Assembly: GCA_965220815.1 (NCBI GenBank)
Contig: OZ244846.1
Span: 2,588,104 to 2,652,103 of the forward strand
Length of the DNA stretch: 64,000 bases
Source: Gammaproteobacteria bacterium
GTDB lineage: Bacteria > Pseudomonadota > Gammaproteobacteria > Eutrophobiales > Eutrophobiaceae
Direction: 5' to 3'
Under the pieces are notes generated by a model. It did no database searches and had not been told where the DNA came from. It saw nothing but the letters and a program-made list of their open reading frames with translations. How positions within the stretch are numbered: the stretch's first letter is position 1; every line of letters begins with the position of its first letter. Positions 1-9,392 of this stretch are shown piece by piece. The position numbers and the translations under genes were made by a program.

Positions 1-1551
1 TTTGCGTCCATTCCCAAGGCGGAGTACCTGCCGGAAGGAGAGGAGCCGAAGCTGTTTGTCCAGATGTTCGCTCCGCCCGGTTACAATATCGATGAGATGC
101 ACACCATCTACAAGGACCTGGAAGATTACCTGGTGCCGTATGTCGGCCAGAACCCCGGGCAATACGCCAGGGGGGAATCCGAACTTCCCGGCCTGAATTA
201 CGTTGTCGGGTATGCCGCCGCTTCCCGTAACTTCCTTATCCCGGAGGTGACATCCATCGGCCAGGCCAACGACCTGCTGGATATCATCGTGGAAAAGATC
301 AGGGAGATCCCGGGCATACACGCGTTTGCTTCCCGCGGCTCCATTTTCTCCAGCAGCTGGGGCGGTTCCAGGAGCATCAACCTGGAGTTGAGCGGCACCG
401 ACCTGGTGTCCCTGTTCGACGCCGGACTCAAGGCCTTTGTCCAGGCGCAATCCGTGTTTGAGAACCCGCAGATCCGCCCGGAACCCTCAACCCTGGCCCT
501 GGGCCAGCCCCTGGTGGAGGTCCGCCCCGACTGGGAGCGCGCCAGCGAACTGGGCCTGGATGTGGGCGACCTGGGTTACAGTATCTGGGCCTTCTCCGAC
601 GGCGCGTTCGTGGATGAGTTCTTCCTGGGTGACGAAAAGATCGACATCTTCCTGTATTCCACCGGGGGCACCATCCGGCAACCGGAAGACGTAGCCGATA
701 TCATGCTTTACTCACCCCAGGGCGGCATGGTGCCGCTCAGCGCGGTGGCGGAGGTGCGGCAGACCGTGAACACCGAAACCATCCGCCGGGTGGACAGCAA
801 CAGGACCATCACCCTGGGCATCATCCCGCCCCGGGACATCCCGCTGGAGCAGGGTGTGGACATGGTCCGGCGCGGCATTATCGACGAACTTAAGGCGAGC
901 GGTGAAATCGGGGACGACATCAGCATGCGTATCACGGGGGCCAGCGACCTGCTCGCCGCGACCCGCAATGCCCTGAAGGGGAACTTCATCGTGGCGGTAT
1001 TCATCTCGTACCTGTTGCTGGTGGCCATCTTCTCCCACTGGGGCTACCCGCTGCTGGTGATGACCACCGTTCCCGTCGGCATCGGCGGGGGGTTGATCGG
1101 CCTGTGGCTGCTGAACGCCGCAGGAGGCAACCTGTCGTTGCTGGGGTTGTCGAATATCTACCAGCCCTTCGACGTGATCACCATGCTGGGCTTCCTGATT
1201 CTCATCGGCACTGTGGTGAACAACCCGATCCTGATTATCGATCGCACCATGCGCAACATCAGGACCAGGGGGATGGTGTCGGTGGATGCGGTGATGGAGA
1301 GCGTCCGCGCCCGGCTCAGGCCGATCATGATATCCAGCATCACGACCATATTCGGCCTATCGCCCCTGGTGTTCAATCCCGGCGCCGGCACCGAGTTATA
1401 CCGCGGCCTGGGGGCCATCGTGATGTTCGGCCTGCTGTTCTCGACGCTGATCACGCTGACGTTCATGCCGACCCTGCTGTCGCTGGCCCTGCAGTTCAGG
1501 GAACGACTAGGATTATCCGCAAATGATTTATCCGCAGATTACGCAGATTAA
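1..1551 (+). CDS. AcrB/AcrD/AcrF-family RND efflux transporter permease subunit, 5'-truncated by the window edge
   Basis: Frame is open from base 1 (FASIPKAEYLPEGEE...). RND C-terminal motifs GTVVNNPILI, RLRPIMISSITTIFGLSPL and GAGTELYRGLG are present. Close paralog of 4560..7706. Confidence 0.93.
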   Translation, partial: FASIPKAEYLPEGEEPKLFVQMFAPPGYNIDEMHTIYKDLEDYLVPYVGQNPGQYARGESELPGLNYVVGYAAASRNFLIPEVTSIGQANDLLDIIVEKIREIPGIHAFASRGSIFSSSWGGSRSINLELSGTDLVSLFDAGLKAFVQAQSVFENPQIRPEPSTLALGQPLVEVRPDWERASELGLDVGDLGYSIWAFSDGAFVDEFFLGDEKIDIFLYSTGGTIRQPEDVADIMLYSPQGGMVPLSAVAEVRQTVNTETIRRVDSNRTITLGIIPPRDIPLEQGVDMVRRGIIDELKASGEIGDDISMRITGASDLLAATRNALKGNFIVAVFISYLLLVAIFSHWGYPLLVMTTVPVGIGGGLIGLWLLNAAGGNLSLLGLSNIYQPFDVITMLGFLILIGTVVNNPILIIDRTMRNIRTRGMVSVDAVMESVRARLRPIMISSITTIFGLSPLVFNPGAGTELYRGLGAIVMFGLLFSTLITLTFMPTLLSLALQFRERLGLSANDLSADYAD

Positions 1552-1672
1552 CGCAGATGAAATAAAAGTTATTTTGTTATGAAGAAACTACATGGTTTTT
1601 TTAAATCGGAATTTTCTTAATTCATAAATTAAAAAATAATCTGCGTTCATCTGCGTCATCTGCGGATAAATC
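1525..1672. repeat. Long inverted repeat with three (A)CGCAGAT units per arm (family A, copy 1)
   Basis: Left arm GATTTATCCGCAGATTACGCAGATTAACGCAGAT (from 1525). Right arm AATCTGCGTTCATCTGCGTCATCTGCGGATAAATC (1638-1672). AT-rich spacer between them. Confidence 0.85.
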
Positions 1673-1674
1673 TA

Positions 1675-2814
1675 ATGAATAACATACCCTTGGCTTTGTA
1701 TGTCCACCTGCCCTGGTGTGTCAGGAAGTGCCCCTACTGTGATTTCAATTCGCATGAAATAAAGGACGGTTCCTTCCCGGAACGGGAATACGTGGATGCC
1801 GTGGTGCGGGACCTCAAATTCAGCGCCGATCTGTTCCGAGGGAGGAAGCTTGAGTCTGTTTTCCTGGGCGGCGGCACGCCCAGCCTCATGTCGGCGCAAG
1901 GCATCGGCGCGATCCTGGAAGCGGTCGATGACGTATCCGGGCTTTGTGCCGGCACTGAAATTACCTTGGAGGCAAATCCCGGCGCCGCCGACAGCCAACG
2001 CTTTGCCGGTTACAGGGGTCTGGGCGTGAACCGGCTTTCCATCGGCGCGCAAAGTTTCGATGACGCCAGGCTCTCGGCCATCGGCAGGATTCACGACGCC
2101 GGCGAGGCCCGGGCTGCGGTTACGGCGGCCGCCGGGGCGGGGTTTACCGATATCAATATCGATCTGATGTACGGGTTGCCCGGCCAGTCCCCGCAAGAGG
2201 CCCTGTCGGATCTCGCCGCTGCTGTCAGCCTCGATCCGGCGCACATCTCCTGGTACCAGCTCACCATCGAACCCAATACCGTGTTCCACGCAAAACCGCC
2301 GCCGTTGCCCGGCGACGATCTCACCTGGGAGATGCAAACCCGCGGCGCGGACTACCTGGCGGGGCAGGGCTACCGGCAATACGAGGTTTCGGCCTGGTCG
2401 AGGCCGGGTAGTGAATGCCGGCACAACCTGAACTACTGGGAATTCGGCGATTATCTGGGTGTGGGCGCCGGCGCCCACGGCAAGGTCACCAACGGGGCGG
2501 TAACCAGGCAGTCACGCCTGCGCGTGCCGCAGGGTTATATGCGCGCCGCCGGTTCGGATGCGGCCATCGCCGCACAGAGGACGCTGGGCGAGCAGGACCT
2601 CATCCTGGAATTCATGCTGAATGCGCTGCGCCTGAAAAACGGCGCGCCGCTGTCCCGGTTCAGCGCCAGGACCGGCCTGGCGCCGGCGCGCGTGCAGGCG
2701 CAAGTCGACGCCGCCAGGGCGGACGGTCTGCTGGAACGCGAGCCGGGATTGCTCAAGGCAACACAAAAAGGCGCCCGCTACCTGAACGACTTGTTACAAT
2801 ACTTCATGATTTGA
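1675..2814 (+). CDS. hemW: Radical SAM heme chaperone HemW (YggW)
   Basis: LYVHLPWCVRKCPYCDFNS (CxxxCxxC), GGGTPS, YEVSAW and HNLNYWEFGDYLGVGAGAHGK; 379 aa. Confidence 0.93.
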   Translation: MNNIPLALYVHLPWCVRKCPYCDFNSHEIKDGSFPEREYVDAVVRDLKFSADLFRGRKLESVFLGGGTPSLMSAQGIGAILEAVDDVSGLCAGTEITLEANPGAADSQRFAGYRGLGVNRLSIGAQSFDDARLSAIGRIHDAGEARAAVTAAAGAGFTDINIDLMYGLPGQSPQEALSDLAAAVSLDPAHISWYQLTIEPNTVFHAKPPPLPGDDLTWEMQTRGADYLAGQGYRQYEVSAWSRPGSECRHNLNYWEFGDYLGVGAGAHGKVTNGAVTRQSRLRVPQGYMRAAGSDAAIAAQRTLGEQDLILEFMLNALRLKNGAPLSRFSARTGLAPARVQAQVDAARADGLLEREPGLLKATQKGARYLNDLLQYFMI

Positions 2815-2835
2815 GCAATAAAACCCTGTTCGCGA

Positions 2836-3384
2836 ATGGATATCAAAGACCTCGTCACAAGCCGGCGCACCATACACCAGTTCAAGCCCGGCGTCCGTCC
2901 CGATGAAGCCGTAGTGAGCGCGGCCATGGAACAGTCCGTCTGGGCGCCGAACCACCACCTGACGCAACCCTGGCGCTTCTACCTGCTGGGAGAGCAGAGC
3001 AAGGAACGCATCTGCCTGCTGAACGCACAGCTTGTCAATGAGAAACAGGGGGAGCGGGCGGCGGAGATCAAGCTCAGGCGCTGGCGGGAAGTGCCCGGCT
3101 GGCTGGCGCTGACCTGCCTGAAATCGGATGACGCGGTGACCATGCAGGAAAACTACGCTTCCTGTTGCTGCGCCGCGCAGAACCTGATGCTACTGTTGTG
3201 GGATGATGGTATCGGGGTCAAGTGGACCACCGGCGCAGTGACAAGAACCAGCGAGTTCTATCGTATCATCGGAGCGGACCCCGACCGGGAAGAGTTGGTG
3301 GGATTGTTCTGGTACGGCTTCCCGGCTGAAGTCCCGGCGGCGCAGCGCCCGCCCCTGGAGCAGGTTTTGACCCAACTCCCCTGA
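2836..3384 (+). CDS. Nitroreductase family protein (YdjA-like)
   Basis: SRRTIHQF, WAPNHHLTQPWRF and AAQNLML...GIGVKWTTG motifs. Confidence 0.85.
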   Translation: MDIKDLVTSRRTIHQFKPGVRPDEAVVSAAMEQSVWAPNHHLTQPWRFYLLGEQSKERICLLNAQLVNEKQGERAAEIKLRRWREVPGWLALTCLKSDDAVTMQENYASCCCAAQNLMLLLWDDGIGVKWTTGAVTRTSEFYRIIGADPDREELVGLFWYGFPAEVPAAQRPPLEQVLTQLP

Positions 3385-3393
3385 AACGGCGCA

Positions 3394-4557
3394 ATGGGCT
3401 ACCTCACCGAAGAACGGATCATGTTGCGGGACGCGGCGCGGGAGTTTGCCCTGAAGGAAGTGCTGCCCGTGGCGAACAGGCTGGACCCGCAGAAGGGGGA
3501 CATTCCCCCGGAACTGATGGAAAAACTTGCGGAACTGGGCTATTTCGGCATCATGATCCCGGAGAAGTACGGCGGCATGGGCCTGGGGTGCTTCGAATAC
3601 TGCCTGGTCAGCCAGGAACTGTCCCGGGCATGGATGAGCGTGGGCAGCATCATCCGCTCAGGCAACATCCTGATGGGATCCGGCGAACTCAGCGAGGAAC
3701 GCAGGAAAAGATATCTTACCAGGGCGGCCAGGGGCGAGTTTCTCGGCGCGCTCGCCATGTCCGAACCCAATGCCGGATCGGACGCCGGCAATATCTCCAC
3801 CCGGGCGGTAAAAAAGGGCGATCACTGGTCGATCACCGGCAGCAAGTACTGGTGCACCTTCGCCGACGGGGCCGATTACCTTATCGTCCTGGCGCGTACC
3901 GGCCGGGAGGTCGATCCTGAGCGCAGACACCGTGGACTGAGCGCGTTCCTGGTCGAAAAACCCCGCGGCGAACTGCCCCCGGGAGTCAGCGGCAGTCCCA
4001 TCCCGAAGATAGGTTATTACGGCTGGAAGACCTGGGAACTGGCTTTCGACGATGCGCGGATCCCCCTGGACGCAATCATCGGCGCCGAAGGCCGGGGCTT
4101 TTATATCATCTCCAGGGAGCTTGAAACAGGCCGCGCCCATACCGCGGCCCGCGCCATCGGGGTGGCGCAGGGGGCTTATGAAGACGCGCTGGCCTACGCG
4201 CAGGAAAGAGAGCAGTTCAACCGGCCCATAGCCGATTTCCAGGCCATCCGCTTCAAACTGGCAAAAATGAAAATAGAGATAGAGGCGGCGCAGCAACTGA
4301 TGTATCACGTCTGTGACGCCATCGATACCGGCAAACGCTGCGACCAGGAGGCGGCGATGGTGAAATATTATGCCGGCGAGATGGCCGAACGCGTGACCAG
4401 CGAGGCCCTGCAAATCCACGGCGGGGCGGGTTACACCACCCACTTTGCCGCGGAGCGCTACTGGCGGGACGCCCGCCTGACAAAAATCTTTGAAGGCACG
4501 TCGGAAATTCAATTGCGCATCGTTTCCGACCACATCCTGGGAAAGACAGGACAATAA
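3394..4557 (+). CDS. Acyl-CoA dehydrogenase
   Basis: ALAMSEPNAGSDA, ITGSKYW, REQFNRPIADFQAIRFKLA, QIHGGAGY and KIFEGTSEIQ. Confidence 0.93.
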   Translation: MGYLTEERIMLRDAAREFALKEVLPVANRLDPQKGDIPPELMEKLAELGYFGIMIPEKYGGMGLGCFEYCLVSQELSRAWMSVGSIIRSGNILMGSGELSEERRKRYLTRAARGEFLGALAMSEPNAGSDAGNISTRAVKKGDHWSITGSKYWCTFADGADYLIVLARTGREVDPERRHRGLSAFLVEKPRGELPPGVSGSPIPKIGYYGWKTWELAFDDARIPLDAIIGAEGRGFYIISRELETGRAHTAARAIGVAQGAYEDALAYAQEREQFNRPIADFQAIRFKLAKMKIEIEAAQQLMYHVCDAIDTGKRCDQEAAMVKYYAGEMAERVTSEALQIHGGAGYTTHFAAERYWRDARLTKIFEGTSEIQLRIVSDHILGKTGQ

Positions 4558-4559
4558 CC

Positions 4560-7500
4560 ATGTTCAGGTTCGCCATAGAGAAGCCGCTGATCATAGCGGT
4601 GGCGGTGCTGATCATCTGCCTGTTCGGCATCCTCGCCGTTTTTCGCGTGCCCATACAGATGATCCCCGATCTCGACGTCCGGGTGGTGACCGTGATCACC
4701 AAGTGGCCCGGCGCCACGCCCCAGGACGTGGAAAAGGAGATCATCGTCGAACAGGAGGAATACCTGCGCCGGATTCCGGGACTGGACCGCATGATCTCCC
4801 GGGCGGAGACCGGCCTGGGTGAGATCGACCTGGAGTTTCCTTACGGTACCGACGTCAACGAGGTCCTGATACGGGTCAACAACGCCCTGACCCAGGTCCC
4901 CGGGTACCCGGAGAACGTCGATGAACCCCGGCTCGTCGCCAACTCCGCGGAAAATCCGTTCCTGTTCTTCTCTACGCAGCCCCTGCCGGGGAACCCGCAG
5001 GACGTGAACATGACGGAAATGCGCGATTTCCTGGAAGATAACGTGCGCGTACAGCTTGAGCGGGTCCCGGGCGTCTCGGAAGTCACCATGTTTGGCGGGG
5101 CGGAGCGGCAGGTCAAGATATACGTGGACCCCGTGAAGCTGGTGGAACGCCGTATCACACTGTCCGAGGTTCGTAGCGCTATCCGCGCACGCAACCGGGA
5201 CGTATCCGGCGGTGATCTGGACAGCGGCAAGCGCCGGTACCTGATCCGGACGATAGGGCGTTTTGAAACCGCCGAAGACATGGAAAACATGGTGGTTGCC
5301 CGCCGTGGCGGCGCGTTCGTCCGTTTGCGCGACCTGGGGCACGTAGAACTCTCCACGTTCGAAATCGACACCTACTTCTACTCGCACGGGGTACAGACCG
5401 TGAGCCTGGGGGTAAGCCGGCAGATCGGCGCCAACGTGGTGGAAGTCAAGGATCGCGTCCTGGAAAAGGTCGAGGAACTGAACAACGGCCTGTTGCAGGA
5501 GCGGGGCATGCGCATGGAGTACAACTTCGATGACGTTCTGTACATCACCGACTCCGTGAACAACGTACGCAATAACCTGGTCATCGGCGCCCTGCTTGCT
5601 ACCTTCGTGCTGTACCTGTTCCTCAGGGCCCCGTCCGCCACCCTCATCGGCGCGCTGGGCATTCCCGTCTGCACTCTTGCGGCCTTCCTGGGGTTGCTGG
5701 TCAGCGGGCGCACCATCAACGTGATCTCCCTGGCGGGGGTCGCCTTTGCCATCGGTATGACCCTGGACAACAGCATCGTTGTGCTGGAGAACATCTACCG
5801 GCACCGGACAGCCGGCAAGGATCGCCGGCGCGCGGCGCTGGACGGGGTGGCAGAGGTGTGGCCTGCGCTACTGGCATCCACACTGACCACGGTGTTCGTG
5901 TTTATCCCGATCGTTTTCATCAGCCAGGAGGCCGGACAGTTGTATTCCGATATAGCCATCGCCATCTCGGCGTCCATCCTCATGTCCCTGCTGGTTGCGA
6001 CCCTGGTGGTGCCGACCCTGTGCAGCCGGTTTCTCTCGCTGAAGAGCGCTGACCCCGCGGCCGCCGCGGGGTTGTATGCTGCGGGACAACGGATGGGCGG
6101 GATGCTTATCGGATTTGTGCACTGGCTGATGGAGGGAATAACGCGCCGGGCGGGCCTGATAATCCTGGTGGGCTGTATCACCGTGCTCATCTTTGCCTCC
6201 ATCCCCAAGGCGGAGTACCTGCCGGAAGGGGAGGAGCAGAAGATATTCGTCCGTTTGTTTGCCCCGCCGGGCTACAACATCGATGAGATGAACGCAATCC
6301 ACAAGGCCGTCGATGATTTCCTGGTGCCGCATATCGGCGAAGATCCGGACAAGTACGCCAGGGGGAAATCCGATTTCCCCGGCCTGAATTATGTTATCGG
6401 CTACGCAACCTCCTCGCGCAGCGTGCTTATGCCGGAGGCCACGTCCCCGGCCCAGGTTGACGACATGCTCGACATCATCATCGGGAAGATCCGGGAGATC
6501 CCGGGCATACATGCGTTCGCTTCCCGGGGCTCCCTTTTTTCCGGCAACATGGGCGGTTCCAGGAGCATCAACCTGGAGTTGAGCGGCACGGACCTGGTGT
6601 CCCTGTTCGATGCCGGTCTCAAGGCATTCGTCAGTGCCCGGTCGATATTCGAGAACCCGCAGATCCGCGCCCAACCCCCCGGCCTGACCATAGGACAACC
6701 GATGGTTGAGATACTCCCTGACTGGGAACGGGCCGGTGAACTGGGTATTGACGCCGGTGACCTGGGTTATGCCGTCTGGGCCTTCTCCGACGGCGCGTTC
6801 GTGGATGAGTTCTTCCTGGGTGATGAGAAGATCGACATGTTCCTGTACTCCACCCGGGGCACCATCTCGCAACCGGAGGACGTGGCCGACATCATGCTGT
6901 ATTCACCCCGGGGCGGCGCGGTGCCTCTCAGCGCGGTGGCGGAGGTGCGGCAGACCGTGAATACCGAAACCATCCGCCGGGTGGACAGCGAGAGGACCAT
7001 CACCCTGGGCATTGTTCCGCCCCGGGACATCCCGCTGGAGCAGGGTGTGGATATGGTCCGGCGCGGCATTATCGACGAACTTAAGGCGAGCGGTGAAATC
7101 GGGGACGACATCAGCATGCGCATCACCGGGGCCAGCGACCAGCTTGAAGATACCCGGGATGCCCTGAAAGGGAATTTCATTATTGCCGTGTTCATTTCCT
7201 ACCTGTTGCTGGTGGCCATCTTCTCCCACTGGGGCTACCCACTGCTGGTGATGACCACCGTTCCCATCGGCATCGGCGGGGGGCTGTTCGGTCTGTGGCT
7301 GTTGAACGCCATAGGCGGCAACCTGTCGTTGCTGGGACTCGATAACGTACACCAGTCCTTTGACGTGATCACCATGCTCGGTTTCCTGATCCTGATCGGC
7401 ACGGTGGTGAACAGTCCGATCCTGATCATCGACCGCACCATGCGCAACATCAAGACCGGCGGGATGGGGTCGGTTGACGCGGTGCTGGAGAGCACACGGG

Positions 7501-7706
7501 CAAGGCTCAGGCCGATCATGATATCCAGCATCACGACCATATTCGGCCTGTCGCCCCTGGTGTTCAACCCCGGCGCGGGCACCGAGTTGTATCGCGGCCT
7601 GGGGGTTATCGTGATGTTCGGCCTGCTGTTCTCGACGCTGATCACGCTGACCTTTATGCCGACCCTGCTGTCGCTCACACTCCAGGTCAGGGAGCGGCTG
7701 GGATGA
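4560..7706 (+). CDS. AcrB/AcrD/AcrF-family RND efflux transporter permease subunit
   Basis: 1048 aa with WPGATPQDVEKEI, GMTLDNSIVVLENI, ASTLTTVFVFIP and RLRPIM. Confidence 0.95.
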   Translation: MFRFAIEKPLIIAVAVLIICLFGILAVFRVPIQMIPDLDVRVVTVITKWPGATPQDVEKEIIVEQEEYLRRIPGLDRMISRAETGLGEIDLEFPYGTDVNEVLIRVNNALTQVPGYPENVDEPRLVANSAENPFLFFSTQPLPGNPQDVNMTEMRDFLEDNVRVQLERVPGVSEVTMFGGAERQVKIYVDPVKLVERRITLSEVRSAIRARNRDVSGGDLDSGKRRYLIRTIGRFETAEDMENMVVARRGGAFVRLRDLGHVELSTFEIDTYFYSHGVQTVSLGVSRQIGANVVEVKDRVLEKVEELNNGLLQERGMRMEYNFDDVLYITDSVNNVRNNLVIGALLATFVLYLFLRAPSATLIGALGIPVCTLAAFLGLLVSGRTINVISLAGVAFAIGMTLDNSIVVLENIYRHRTAGKDRRRAALDGVAEVWPALLASTLTTVFVFIPIVFISQEAGQLYSDIAIAISASILMSLLVATLVVPTLCSRFLSLKSADPAAAAGLYAAGQRMGGMLIGFVHWLMEGITRRAGLIILVGCITVLIFASIPKAEYLPEGEEQKIFVRLFAPPGYNIDEMNAIHKAVDDFLVPHIGEDPDKYARGKSDFPGLNYVIGYATSSRSVLMPEATSPAQVDDMLDIIIGKIREIPGIHAFASRGSLFSGNMGGSRSINLELSGTDLVSLFDAGLKAFVSARSIFENPQIRAQPPGLTIGQPMVEILPDWERAGELGIDAGDLGYAVWAFSDGAFVDEFFLGDEKIDMFLYSTRGTISQPEDVADIMLYSPRGGAVPLSAVAEVRQTVNTETIRRVDSERTITLGIVPPRDIPLEQGVDMVRRGIIDELKASGEIGDDISMRITGASDQLEDTRDALKGNFIIAVFISYLLLVAIFSHWGYPLLVMTTVPIGIGGGLFGLWLLNAIGGNLSLLGLDNVHQSFDVITMLGFLILIGTVVNSPILIIDRTMRNIKTGGMGSVDAVLESTRARLRPIMISSITTIFGLSPLVFNPGAGTELYRGLGVIVMFGLLFSTLITLTFMPTLLSLTLQVRERLG

Positions 7707-7713
7707 TCCGCGG

Positions 7714-7968
7714 GTGATTTATCCACAGATTACACAGATGAACACAGATTAAAGGGGCCACCTCCGTTCGTCATTCCGGGCTTGACCCGGGATCCAGTCA
7801 ATAAAACCTTCCTTATAAGGAGTTTTGTAATCTACTGGATTCCGGGTCAAGCCCGGAATGACGAACTGTAGTGCGACGTTATCGATGTCGTTATCTATAA
7901 ATCGGCATCTTCGTGCCATAAATCAAAAAACAATCTGTGTTCATCTGTGTAATCTGTGGAAAAATCAC
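7714..7968. repeat. Long inverted repeat, family A copy 2 (ACACAGAT units), enclosing a family B element
   Basis: GTGATTTATCCACAGATTACACAGATGAACACAGATT (7714-7750) pairs with AATCTGTGTTCATCTGTGTAATCTGTGGAAAAATCAC (7932-7968) with 1 mismatch. Confidence 0.88.
7766..7866. repeat. Palindromic element family B (CGTCATTCCGG...ATCCAGT / ACTGGAT...GGAATGACG; dRS3/RPE-like)
   Basis: GTTCGTCATTCCGGGCTTGACCCGGGATCCAGT and its near-perfect inverted copy ACTGGATTCCGGGTCAAGCCCGGAATGACGAAC. Confidence 0.85.
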
Positions 7969-9299
7969 TTACCGCGAGCTTTCGTCAATTCCAGGAACAG
8001 GGTCATGAGGATGATGATGAGAGCGCCGGCGTTCATGCCGTTGCGCAGCAGGCCGCCGGCGAATTCATCGAGATAATCCGGGTATATCAGGCCGTACTGG
8101 CAGCTGATGCCGGTAATGAAGGCAAGACCGACAATCGTCCCCTTGTGCAGGTCCATACCGCCCTCGATGATCATCTTCATGCCTATCATGAACAGCAGCG
8201 CCAGCATGATGAACAGGTAGCCGGCGAACACGGAATCCGGTATCGCCAGGACCACGGCAACGGCTTTGGGCAGGAATGCCAGGATGATAAAGGCGGCCCC
8301 GGTGGCGATGCCGACACTGCGGGCCGCCACCCCGCTGAGCTCGGTCATGGACACGCTGGTCGTTATGGCCGATCCCGGGACTGTGCCCGTCAACCCGGAC
8401 AGCATGTTGCCTACGCCGTCCACGTTCATGGCGCCCTGTACGGCGCTGAAATCTACGGGTCGCTCGTCCCTCCACGACACGCGCTGGATAGCAATGGCGC
8501 TGCTCATGGTGCGGATGCCGGCCACCAGGGCCACCAGCAGGAATGAAGGGAGCAGCGTCCAGAAAGCCGGTCCGAAATCGAGGTCATAGCCCGGCCAGCG
8601 GTTCTCGGGAATATCGATCCAGGCAGCGCCGGCAACGCGGCCCATGTCGTACAGGCCGAATGTTGCGGCGATTATTGAGCCGGTCGCGACGCCGATCACC
8701 GCCGCCCACACGCGCATCCCTGCAGGCGCCTTCAGCGCGATGGCGCAGATGATCAGCGCCGTGGCGAAAAAACTCAGCGCAGAACCGGGTGCGGCGCCGC
8801 CTTCAGCGCCACTGCCGAGGAGCTGGGTAACGACCGGCAGTATCGTCACGGGTATCAGCATGATGATCGTCCCCGAGACGGTGGGTGTCAGGATGCGCCG
8901 GAACAGCGGGAGCTGCCAGGACAGCGCCGGCGGGACCAGGGACGCAATAACGACCAGGGTAGCCATCATGGCCGGACCGCCCTCGCTGAGCGCCATGATG
9001 CACACGGGAACGAATGCCGCAGAAGCGCACATGACGATGACGTGCCCCGCGCCGACACGGCCGAACCGCAGGGCCTGAAGTATCGTGGTTATGCCGCAGA
9101 TCATGACCGCGGTCAGTACGGCCCAGGACAGGTAGGCTTCGGTTTCGCCCGCGGCGCGCACGATGACCGTGGGGATCAGCATCACCGCAGCGATGTTGAG
9201 CCCCGCAAGTTGCAGGCCCAGGCTTATGACAAGTGATATGGGAGGATTTTCATCGGGCTGGTAACGCATGCCCGACTTTGATGCCGGATGGTCAGCCAT
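7965..9299 (-). CDS. NCS2-family (xanthine/uracil-type) permease, SupE-like by position
   Basis: YQPDENPP...LGLQ, GITTILQALRFGRVGAG and DGVGNMLSGLTGTVP; many TM segments; directly downstream of the PKS. Confidence 0.82.
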   Translation of the reverse strand: MADHPASKSGMRYQPDENPPISLVISLGLQLAGLNIAAVMLIPTVIVRAAGETEAYLSWAVLTAVMICGITTILQALRFGRVGAGHVIVMCASAAFVPVCIMALSEGGPAMMATLVVIASLVPPALSWQLPLFRRILTPTVSGTIIMLIPVTILPVVTQLLGSGAEGGAAPGSALSFFATALIICAIALKAPAGMRVWAAVIGVATGSIIAATFGLYDMGRVAGAAWIDIPENRWPGYDLDFGPAFWTLLPSFLLVALVAGIRTMSSAIAIQRVSWRDERPVDFSAVQGAMNVDGVGNMLSGLTGTVPGSAITTSVSMTELSGVAARSVGIATGAAFIILAFLPKAVAVVLAIPDSVFAGYLFIMLALLFMIGMKMIIEGGMDLHKGTIVGLAFITGISCQYGLIYPDYLDEFAGGLLRNGMNAGALIIILMTLFLELTKARGK

Positions 9300-9346
9300 G
9301 TGGTTCCAGCCTGCTAATTATCTTGGGTTGCAAGTCTGTCATGTCA

Positions 9347-9371
9347 GGGGACGGACTTCAATTCCGTCCCC
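9347..9371. repeat. REP-like palindrome family C
   Basis: GGGGACGGACTTCAATTCCGTCCCC; related copies at 31736, 36313, 40106 and 45569. Confidence 0.8.
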
Positions 9372-9392
9372 TATTGTTCGTTGCCTGTCCGG

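Noticed and set aside
1-1551. RND duplication as an assembly artefact
   Set aside because: The copies differ at many synonymous and non-synonymous sites and have different downstream spacers.
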